From contig NC_092677.1 in assembly GCF_964355755.1 (NCBI RefSeq), forward strand, positions 1,820,101 to 1,884,100: a stretch of DNA of 64,000 nt. Direction: 5' to 3'. Each line of letters begins with the position of its first letter. The first letter of the stretch is position 1. The position numbers and the translations under genes are program-made. This document shows positions 1-12,300 of the stretch, piece by piece. A model generated the notes under the pieces. The model was not told the origin of the DNA and searched no databases. It worked only from the letters and a program-made list of their open reading frames with translations. The DNA is from Antedon mediterranea. Lineage: Eukaryota > Animalia > Echinodermata.

Positions 1-266
1 CAGTATTTACAACACTTACTGCAGTAAATATACTACAGTAAATATTGTATTCATCTCACAAAATCAAACCAAATAGTAAAGCCTACATTATTCTTCTAGG
101 TAATATTATTCACATCATCATTATTGATTCTTAAGAAACAGTATTTTCCATTTTCTTATTTTCAGCATGATTATAAATTTACAAACTAAACATCAATTTC
201 TGCTAAAACAAATACATAATTACAAAAAAAACGTTTCTAATTCTTTTAAAATTGTGCATAAGTTTT

Positions 267-355
267 TCAGTTCTCTTTTGCATCAGTTGTATCGTTTGGT
301 TTCGCTTCCTCCTCAGTCCCGCCATCTTTCTTCATTGCTTTTCTTGCCATCATAC
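267..355 (-). CDS. SPA17: Sp17 last coding exon
   Basis: (G)MMARKAMKKDGGTEEEAKPNDTTDAKEN*; completes the IQ motif; acceptor tgtag. Confidence 0.9.
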
Positions 356-3300
356 CTACAAATGTTAAAAAGAGGTTATTTTTTTAGCAAAACAAAAATT
401 GTTTGGAAACAATGTCAAGTTGGTTCTTTTAAAGAAATTTGAACATTTATAATTAATGAGTAATAACAATTTAATTTCCACAAAAAATCAAAATAACTAG
501 CTCATTATTTGTTTAAAACAACCAAGAATGAGCTATAGTAATTATTATGAATTTTCTTCCTAGCTGAAACCACCTGTGTGGTATGCAAATTAGACTTGTT
601 GATGCACGGTTCAATGCATTGGTGGGTTTAGTTTTGTAGACAGTGGATCTAAAAAAAACATTGCTTCTAGCTGAAAGCATTTGTGGTATGCAAATTAAAC
701 TTTACATAATATGCATTCAGTTTTAGAAGGTATTGAGAGTTGCTAATGCATGGCTCAGTGCATTGGTTGCTTCAGTTCTGTAGAGTGTAGATCTATAAAA
801 GCATTGTTCTGTATATAAACTGCAAGCAGTGTTCAAATCACTGTTTGCTCTCTATGTGATAGAAGGAAATGTGTGTCTTCACAGGGCTACAACAAGTTTG
901 GATTTTATACAAGTTTCATGTGGATAACAACGTCAATACTACTTATTATTACTACTTATTATTACTACTTTGTTTGAAATGATTATACTTGGATATACTG
1001 GCTGGATTTATAGGACATTTATAGAAGGTAAGAATTTTAAGATTATAAATTAAGACTAATATTAATTGTAAGCATGGTGGTAGATATTAGATCCCTCCAT
1101 GGTGTGAGGCTGCTGTATCTTAAACCTACCTTAAGTATAAGGCTGTGAAGGTACCTTAAGGACTATAATATTTTAGTGTAAGCAGTTTATAAATATTATG
1201 ATTGCAATAAAGATTATTAGATTATTAGATGATTTGAGATCCCTCCATGATGTATTGTAAAACTGAGGTACTTTTAGGACAGGTCTATCTTGGTCTGTGA
1301 TTGTGTTAACGACTCTTACTACTACAGGTGTGCAAATCTCACCTTTAAACCCAGCTTGAATTTTGACTGTTGCATCAGCGACCTTTGGGTCATTCAGGTC
1401 AATATCTATTTCTTCCTCTTCTTCATTCTTTGTTTCTTGTGCAGCTGGGGGAGGGGCATCCACCTAACATGAGGGAATATCACAACCACTTCATAAATAA
1501 TGATAATAGTGTAATAATGTAGGTGAACTAAACAACACATGCACAGTCAACTCTCCCAATACCGGGCCGAAAGTGTTTCCAACGGTAAAAATAAATTTGG
1601 GACGTCAAAAAAGTCTTGTTTTGGGAGAGTTGACTGTACTAGAAAAGATATTTGAATAACAAAAAGTAATTAATTAGTTTAAAATTAAAAGTAACACAAT
1701 ATAAATTAGTTATTAAATAACTTGAGAAAAAAAAAGTTTTTATAATATAGAAATAAATAGATTATATCATAAATAGAACATGAAGAAACTTCCTAAATAT
1801 AAACAAGAAGAAGTTAGTAAAATATAAATGTTAGAAGCAAGTGATTTGTTAGTAACAAGCATCCAATCAGGAGCTGTTAAGGAGTAAAAATATAAATGTT
1901 AGAGGCAAGCAATTTGTTAGACTTGTGTTAGTAACAAACATATCCAATCAGGAGCCGTTAAGCATGTAGCGTTAGCTGTTAGTAATATGCATAACCAATG
2001 AAGATGAGCTGTTTAATGTTGCTGGCAGCAAAGCATGAAGCAATGTGGCAGTCATACTACCTTTGCTGATGTTTCACTGATGTTAGAAGACTTAGGAGAT
2101 GGTTCAGTAGATTTATCATCCTGTTGCATATTTGTCTCATTATTCTGGTTTTCTGCTGCTACTTCTTCAACTTCTGTCTCCTGCTTTGTTTCATCAGTCT
2201 TGGTGATGTCATCTGTAACATTTTCTTGTGATCCAGTTACTTGGTGGTTTGATATCTTTTCAGAAGTCTCTGCTTGCTTTTCAGCTGGAATGCTTTCCTC
2301 TTTCTCTTTTGCTTCTGGTGCCAATTCTGTTTCAGTGGCATCTTTTATTTCCTCTTTTTCTTCTGGTACCAATTCCGTTTCAGCGACATCTTTTACTTCC
2401 TCTTTCTCTTCTGCTTGTGGTACCAATTCAGTTTCAGTGGTATCTTTTGCTTCCACTTCTGCTTCTGGTACCAATTCTGTTTCAGTGGTATCTTTTACTT
2501 CCTCTTTCACTTCTGCTTCTGGTACCAATTCTGTTCCAGCGACATCTTTTACTTCCTCTTTCACTTCTGCTTCTGGTACCAATTCTGTTATAGTGGTATC
2601 GTTTACTTCCTCTTTATCTTCTACTTTTTGTTCCAATTCTGTTTCAGCAATATCTTTTATTTCCTCTTTTTCTTCTGTTTTAGTGACATCTTTTATTTCC
2701 TCTTTCGTTTCTGCTACTTCTTGTAACAATTCCGTTTCAGTAACATCATCAATTTTTCTATCTTCTTCTGATTTAGCTGTCTCCAGTTTAGATGTTTCAC
2801 TCGGTTTTAAATTTTCTAGTTCCTCCTTCATTTCTCGATCCTCATCATCATCTGTATCCATCTTCTCTTCACCTTCCTGTTTGGTATTCTCATCTTGTTG
2901 CTTCTCTTCCTGTGATAGGACTACTGTAGGTTGTTCTTCAATTGTTTTGTCCTCTTGTGAAATACTTGCTACAGGGGTCTTGTTTTCAGACGGCTGTCTC
3001 TCTTCTGTCTGTGAAATGTGGGAATCTTCACCAGTTGTCTGACCAGTAGTCTGACCAGCAGTTGTCTGACCAGCAGTTGTCTGACCAGCAGTTGTCTGAC
3101 CAGTAGATTGAAGTGAATGCTCCGAGACCTGATCAACTGTCTATGGTCATAGTGCAGAAAATAGTAAAAATTACAATCAACACATACACAGTGCAAATGA
3201 AATACATGCAAGCCATTTAAACATGTAGGATTTACATTCAAACATGTGGATTTACATTTAAAATGCAGCAGATTTTCGGCACTGTATCTTAACTTGCCGA

Positions 3301-6300
3301 GTATCTCTGGCAAATTCCGTGTGTTTCACATATGACACCTGTGATACAGTGAAACACATTAGATGCTGTATTATGGAGTTTGCCTATGATACTGGTCATA
3401 TATTGTCATATGTGGTCAAGAAAAGCACCTTATGCATCCAATTAGCATGATATTATGAAGTGCTTTGCTGCATCATGCACTTATATTGTATAAACAATGA
3501 GCTGTTAGATTAATTGATTTAATATTTATTACATTCATTTTTTTTTTGTTACTGTAATAGATGTCACTATGAACAAGATCATTTATCAAATAATGTAGTT
3601 TAAATTTGTATTGGTTTAAACTATTAATGTTTTATATTACTGTCAACCATTGACAAATATAAACATAGTGTTTAACACGTGGCTGGATATATATATCTGT
3701 AGAATGAAACATATGGTTTCACACCATGGCCAAAACAGAACTTTATTTTACATAATCAGTTGACGTTGAGCTCGTATTTTACGAGCGTAAATTAATCCAG
3801 AGACTTGCCTTGACTGTTTGGATTTTGTGTTTAGTGTTGCGTAAAGTGTCTACATACAATTCCCACTTTAAAGGCTTTCTAATGAGCTGTGATGATACGT
3901 TTCAACTTTATAATGTATTGGATGCAAACTCATTTAGATTTCAATGATTGTGTAACACAATTTAAGGAATAAATTTCTACTTTACAAAATATTTTTTTTC
4001 TCGATTATTAGCAACAATTTTTTATTTTTTTTTGATTGATACATCATGTTTTATCACAATGTTTATCAAAATGAGACTAGCCTGAGAAATGTTATTATAA
4101 TGTACAAAATATTGGAAAATGACAAAATGTAAAAAAACATTGTATGAATGCTATGCATGACATGTTCATGTAAAGAAAATGTTAATTAGTTTGACAATGT
4201 TGATTTGAGTTTGAAGGATTTACAGTTTATGACAAAAATAATCTAATTAGTAGTAGTACATGCCAAATGTTAAATGATGACAGTGCATTTTTTGAGACAA
4301 GCAGTTAATTTGTTAAAATTGTCTCTGTACACTGCAATCTAAAATTAAAGGGGTTTAATTTCATTGGTCAACAATTACTGTTATCATTTACACACCGTTT
4401 CAGTTGCATCCTGGGAAGGTTCTGCTGTTTCATCAGCCACTGGTTGTTCATCTACAGGCTATAATACAATGTGGAAAAGGACAAGGGAATACATCTACAT
4501 TATTTAACAAAATACATACATTATTTTACAAAATAACAACAAAACACAAAATGAAACAAAATAATAAATACACTACAGGACAGTTATATGATTGGTTAAA
4601 AGTAACACACCTTTTCCGTTGCATCCTGGGAAGGTTCTGCTGTTTCATCTGGAATGGCCTCTGGTTGTTTTTCTACAGGCTATAATACAATGTTGAAAGG
4701 GACAAGGGAATACATATACATTATTTAACAAAATAACAACAAAACACAAAATGAAACAAAATAATAAATATATTACAGGACAGTTATATGATTGGTTAAA
4801 GGTTCTTACACACCTTTTCAGTTGCATCCTGGGAAGGTTCTGTTGTTTCATCTGTAACTGCCACTGGTTGTTCTTCTACAGGCTATAATAATAGCATTGA
4901 AAGGGACAATGAAATACATACATTCTTTAACAAAATACATACATTCTTTAACAAAATAATAAATACACTACAGGACAGTTATATGATTGGTTAAAAGTAA
5001 CACACCTTTTCCGTTGCATCCTGGGAAGGTTCTGCTGTTTCATCTGGAATGGCCTCTGGTTGTTTTTCTACAGGCTATAATACAATGTTGAAAGGGACAA
5101 GGGAATACATATACATTATTTAACAAAATAACAACAAAACACAAAATGAAACAAAATAATAAATATATTACAGGACAGTTATATGATTGGTTAAAGGTTC
5201 TTACACACCTTTTCAGTTGCATCCTGGGAAGGTTCTGTTGTTTCATCTGTAACTGCCACTGGTTGTTCTTCTACAGGCTATAATAATAGCATTGAAAGGG
5301 ACAATGAAATACATACATTCTTTAACAAAATACATACATTCTTTAACAAAATAATAAATACACTACAGGACAGTTATATGATTGGTTAAAGGTTACACAC
5401 CTTTTCCGTTGCATCCTGGGAAGGTTCTGTTGTTTCATCTGGAATGGCCTCTAGTTGTTCTTCTACAGGCTGAATTGAAAGGGAATACATTTAACAAAAT
5501 AATGTTAACACAATACACGACAAAGAATAAACAAAAATATGTCATGATGATTGGTTAAAGGTTACACACCTTTTCAGTTGCATCCTGGGAAGGTTCATCA
5601 TCTTCCGCAGCTTCAGTTGGTACATCAACTGGTTGTTCCACAGGCTATAAACAGTTAAACATAATCACAAAACTCATAAACTGGAACACTGGAATACATT
5701 ACACAATAAACGACAATAAACCATTAAAATATCAGTATGTCAAAGGCCTTTGCTACACACCTTATCAGATGCATCCTGCGAAGGTTCTACTGGTTCATCC
5801 TGTACTGACTGGTCCTCTACAGTCTATTAGTTACAACAAAGTATATGAAATTAAATATATTCAAATTTGTGCAAGGCAAAGGTAGGAAAGGGAAGGCGTT
5901 TGTTGCCAAGCATTAGTCATTTTATAAAAATACACATGCAAAAATGTGTACTTATGCAAATGAGCACATATACACAGTAGTACATAGCATCACTACTCAT
6001 GCTTGACAAAAGATTTTGCACTTGCATTAAGATTCAGTACTTACCTGCATTAAGAACCTGTACTTACCTGTATTAAGTACTTATGTGTAACTCTGCCTTA
6101 TGCAAAGCTTAAATGCATATATTATGAGTAATTCTGATGTATAATTGGGTCTAATGATATCATTGACCGTTATTTTACCTCTTTTGCTGGTTCGTCTTCT
6201 CCATCTTTCTTTTTCATTTCTTTCCTTGCTTTAAATCCTTTGAATGATGCTTGGATTTTGGTAGCAGCCTTTTCTACCTCTGGATCATTTAGATCAATGT

Positions 6301-9300
6301 CAACCTCCTCTTCTTGCGGTGCCACTGCGGGTGGATCCTTCAAAAGACAATTCAACTTATGAAGTTGGATGTAATTAAAATGCATCTTTCAAGACAAGCA
6401 CAGGGTTACCCCGGAGTACTAGTTGACATGGACAGATTAGATATATCTATCCATCAATTATGAGTTAAATGGTTGTATAAAAAGTGCTGAATTACAAAAT
6501 TACCATTTTTTCTTCTTCTTTCTTTTCCGTTTCAACAGTCGTTGATTCCTCTTCTGCAATCTTTGTGGTACTTTCACTTTCTTTCTTCTCTTTTCTTAGT
6601 TTGAACCCCTAAGAAATATTAATATTTATTCAAGTTTCAATTTAGTTCCAAATTGCATATTTATAAGACAATTTGATGATATAAGTGGTTAAGATAAAGC
6701 AATAATGGAGGCAAAAACCCAAAAAAGCAAAGATCGTTTTTCTGGCTCAGTTTTCTTACTACTACTACTAATCGGTGGCACAATAACAAACTACACAAAC
6801 ATTTAATAAAAGAAAGTAAAACCAAATTGATTACAAATTTATAAACTATAAAGTGAAGAAATCTTTCATTCACTTCATATTTGGTATCTTACGTTTTTAA
6901 ATTACAATCTTGAATTAATTTGGAACATTAAAAATTAATCAAATAAATTAATTATTGATCTTTTGAAGTAATTTTTCGTATTAATAGCCCGTAGCTTTTG
7001 TTAATGACTTGGACCAGGTACCCGTGCAATGTACACATTGTCTTGCAGTAGCTACACTATGTAACATGAAATACCTAATTATATCTACTCTATTCTATAT
7101 CTCTGGGTTTGCTTAATTGTTTAAAATATAATAATTAATATTAATTAAATCATTCTAAAATAGAATTTGAAATTAGCGTTGCATTAGCAAAACAAAATGT
7201 ATGTAATGTAAACATGAATTAAATAAATTAATATTTAAATTATTCTCATGACTAATGTTGCTTGATTATTTGTGAAAATGTTTAAACTATATAGTTTAGA
7301 ATGTAGACATCGTAACAAAATTATACTGTATATGTTGACGTTCCTTAAAGATATATTCTGTGTATATGTTTATTGAATATCGCCATTGTCACAATACTCT
7401 TACTGTTCTTTCAAAAATTTCAAAACATTAGAAACATTTTTTTAATGTTTCTCTTTAATATAAATGTTACTATTTATTTTGTTGCCACTGGTAACAAGTC
7501 AGTAATTTCTACAGATGACATACTGTAACTGTTCATTTTCATTTTATCTTAAAATTAAAACTACAAAGTGGGTTATTTAAAATGTTTACTTTATTTTTGC
7601 GGAAAATGTTTTCACAAAAACTTACCTTGAAAGATGCCTGGATTTTTACAGCAGCTTTCTCCACTTCTGGATCATTCAAGTCTATGTCAATTTCTTCTTC
7701 TTGTTTCTCGCTTGATTTGTCTGTTGTCTGCTCACTTTCTTTTACCTCGCTCGTTGGTGATCCTTCGGCGTCCTCTTTAGGTCCTTCTGCTTGTTGTGTT
7801 TGTTTCTCGTCACTTGATGCCTGAAAGAAAATATCAAAGATTGATAATGATGCTACAACTCAAGTTTATATCCATTTTTTTTATTTATTGTGTTAAAATA
7901 ACTTATATAATTCAAGAATCAATTTAGTAATTCCAATTGATGACATCACATTACTATAATACTATTAAGTATTAATATTATTAATAATTGTCAGCGCTCA
8001 CCTGTTTAAAAATTCTGAATACAAGGGAAACTAAAACCGCTCTTACTGACTAATATCTCATCATAAATATTAGTATTGATTATTTAAATTAAAAGTAAAA
8101 AGTGAAAACCAGAAATGCATCATATTGTTAACATTTTTAGAAACTCACGAGTATAAAAATCAATAAAAACAATTATTTTATTGTTGTTCTTTATGCATAA
8201 TCCATAGGATATAATTAGGCGAATATATTAACATACTATTATATTTATTTGTATACAAATATTTAAGCTGCAAGTGCAATACTTTATAAATAAACTAGAA
8301 AGATTTATACTTAAATTTGCAATACAATAGTAGGCATACTGTATTTTAGGCAATTAAGTAAAATGCTGACAATCGACGTATTCGATTTGGACTTTTATAT
8401 GAGTATAAGTTTTGTTGTAGTATTGTAAGAATTGAGATACAACAAACAAGCATTCATTAGTTTACTCAAATTAAGATCGTTTCAGTTGAGGACAAAGTCA
8501 ATTGTTACAGTAACTTTAAAAAATAAAATATAGTAATTACAAAAGAACCTCCCAATTAAAATTTAAATGGGTGCCCCAGGACCTTATTGTGTGCAGAACT
8601 ATTGTTAAAACACCCCTACCTTCAAAATGAACTTGTCTACTACTTCTCTACTAAACTGTGCAACAATATTGATGCTACTATTTTGATACAACGCAAGGCA
8701 CTATTTGTAGGAATTACTAAAGGATAACAGATTTCATTACACATCATATTGATTGGTGTTATTGATCTAAACTCCTTTAGACCAAGCAGCATACAAAAGA
8801 AAACATTATAACCCAGTAAAACAGCAGCGTATTATTTAATACTGATATCTGGCTGTTGATATTAAAAAGCAATGTATTATTAGTACATTGAGTTATTATA
8901 AAACTAAAATATTGCATTTGCAATCTCAACTTAAGCAGACATATTAAAGTAACTACTTTCATTACCCATTAGCAAAATACAAAATGTTTAAATATTTTTA
9001 CGTACGTTATATTACCTACAGTATGCTGTTTAGTCATTTGGATACATTTTTTTTTCATAGGCATCTTTCAAAAATTATGCATAACATTGTAAACTACTGT
9101 ATGTGAAAAAAAATCTAAAATTAAAACAATTTTAAAGAAAATTCCAAATGAATCTAACATGGAAAGAGAATCAGATCGATGAATATTACATTTAAATCAA
9201 GTTTCATTTTATTTAACTCAAATCTAATTCAACAATGATCTGCTAGTTTCAATTAATTTACAAAATTTGAAAGAAGTCCAGATTAGAAACACCTGGTGCA

Positions 9301-12300
9301 AATCCATGTAAATATCATGGACTAAGCTACCATCAATGAAACAGCATACATTGAATAATAATATTCACACCAATAATCTTGCATACTGTACTGTATTTTT
9401 AAAAATTTCAAAAAACATTTTTTAAATGTTAGTATTTATTTTGTTGTCACTGGTAACAAATCAGGATTGCTATACAGATTAGATACTGTAAACTACAGAT
9501 TAGATACTGTAAACTACAGATTAGATACTGTAAACTACAGATTAGATACTGTAAACTACAGATTAGATACTGTAAACTACAGATAGCAAACTGTAAACTA
9601 CAAATGACATACTGTAAACTAAAGATGACATACTGTAAACTAAAGATGACATACTGTAAACTAGAGATGACATACTGTAAACTAAAGATGACATACTGTA
9701 AACTAAAGATGATGACATACTGTAAACTAGATATGACATACTGTAAACTACAGATGACATACTGTAAACTAGAGATGACATACTGTAAACTAGAGATGAC
9801 ATACTGTAAACTAAAGATGACATACTGTAAACTAGAGATGACATACTGTAAACTAGAGATGACATACTGTAAACTAGAGATGACATACTGTAAACTAGAT
9901 ATGACATACTGTAAACTAGATATGACATACTGTAAACTAGATATGACATACTGTAAACTACAGATGACATACTGTAAACTAGATATGACATACTGTAAAC
10001 TAGAGATGACATACTGTAAACTAGAGATGACATACTGTAAACTAGAGATGACATACTGTAAACTAGAGATGACATACTGTAAACTAAAGATGATGAAATA
10101 CTGTAAACTAAAGATGATGAAATACTGTAAACTAAAGATGATGAAATACTGTAAACTACAGATGACATACTGTAAACTACAGATGACATACTGTAATTTC
10201 TACAGATGACATACTGTAATTTCTACAGATGACATACTGTAATTTCTACAGATGACATACTGTAATTTCTACAGATGACATACTGTAAACTAGAGATGAC
10301 ATACTGTAAACTAGAGATGACATACTGTAAACTAGATATGACATACTGTAAACTAGATATGACATACTGTAAACTAGATATGACATACTGTAAACTAGAT
10401 ATGACATACTGTAAACTACAGATGACATACTGTAAACTAGAGATGACATACTGTAAACTAGAGATGACATACTGTAAACTAAAGATGATGAAATACTGTA
10501 AACTAAAGATGATGAAATACTGTAAACTAAAGATGATGAAATACTGTAAACTACAGATGACATACTGTAAACTACAGATGACATACTGTAAACTACAGAT
10601 GACATACTGTAATTTCTACAGATGACATACTGTAATTTCTACAAATGACATACTGTAATTTCTACAGATGACACACTGTAATTTCTACAGATGACACACT
10701 GTAAACTAGAGATGGCATACAGTAAACTAGAGTAGATATGACATACTGTAAACTAGAGATGACATACTATAGACTACAGATAACATACTGTAATTTCTAC
10801 AGATGACACACTGTAAACTAGAGTTGACACACTGTAAACTAGAGATGACACACTGTAAACTAGAGATGACACACTGTAAACTAGAGATGACACACTGTAA
10901 ACTACAGATGACATACTCTAAACTACAGATGACTGACAGTTGTAAACTTTCCACGATCTCTTCATCTCAAATATCACAACTTTCGCCTAGTACAGTATGA
11001 TGTCATCTATCCTACAGTTACAGTACATCACAAACCTCTGTTCGCATAAACAAATTACTAACCGCACAAATCATGTTTAATCAAATTGGTACAGTACTAA
11101 CCTGTGTCCACACTAATAATGAGACATTACAATATTACTATAACTAACCTGTTTTCACAATAATAAAACATATAGTATTCACATAAATTCCCTATGTTAC
11201 TAGGCGGTGTTCACATTGATAAATGGCATACACATAATATGGCTAATGAGTACGCAGTGTTGCTATTTTCACAGCATGATCTATTACCCAAAAGGCAAGT
11301 GGTTAGGCTAGGTTCATCAACCATAGGGGGTGATTATAGACAGATATTGAATGCACAGCTGTAGAAACGAGCCATTCCAGGAGGACGACGCTGCAGCAGT
11401 GTCATGAATTTACAGCAGTGTGTGTGGATCGATGATACGGAACAGTCACAAGGTGATATCAAAATTGGATTGATACGTTGAAAGAAATTGTAATTAATTG
11501 GGTTTATTTAAATTAAACACCGTTTTCTGTATCAATCAACAATTCTGATCTGTGAACTATCGAGTTTAGATAGGTAACAATCCATGATTATTAGTTACAT
11601 TGTCAATAAAGTGAAAATAAAATTAAGTAAAAACTAATAACAATAAATATATATTGCTTATTCACAGGTATTAAGAATAGAATAACTGTTAAGTAAGAAC
11701 TCTTCTTAATCACCCTCTCATCTTTATCTCATCAAACGACTTGAAGACTACTTTTTTTAATAAGAATTCAAATTAAAAAGTCTTAAAAAGCACTTTGACC
11801 AAACTTGACCCCTTGATTGTACTGTAGTGCAATTCAAACAATTTATAATCCAAATAACAATTTCTTGTGACATTTTCCAATTAAAATACACTACGTTTCA
11901 TATCATCTTTAACCTACAACAATTTCTTTAGCAATGCACAAAACAAAATGAAAAACAAAATTTTTAAAATTAAAATCCAGTAGGTATATTGCCTTCCAGC
12001 ACAAAGATGTAATCAATTTCTATTGAGACTTTACAAAGGCGTCGCTATAGTTACACAAGTACGCTTTTATTGCTTATTAAGCCCAATAAAGCATCAACAA
12101 TGTCGGGTACAAATTTTATTTAAATTAATATTTAAGTACTTTACATTGAAAATTGGGATATCATACCATTGATGCATCAGAATTTAAACATAATTTATAA
12201 TAAAAATGTTGAAATAAATACCTCTTTCAGTTCTTTTCTTTTCTTGTGGCCTCTAAATCCAGCCTGAATCTTGGATGCTGCCTTTGCAACTTCTGGATCA

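Noticed and set aside
2035-3042. 335-aa Ser-rich plus-strand ORF and overlapping Leu/Phe-rich ORFs
   Set aside because: Antisense shadows of the Glu-rich minus-strand exon 2061-3140
4645-5246. Duplicated 68-aa ORFs MKQQNLPRMQ...
   Set aside because: Out-of-frame read-through of the mini-exon and intron units
6427-6455. Additional CATGG hairpin footprints (also 44295 and 50648)
   Set aside because: Arms are imperfect or very short and there is no matching 7-bp duplication
9563-11000. Long ORFs on both strands (MTYCKL and MSSLVYS repeats)
   Set aside because: Translations of a 21-bp intronic minisatellite; open on both strands and without splice signals joining them to the gene
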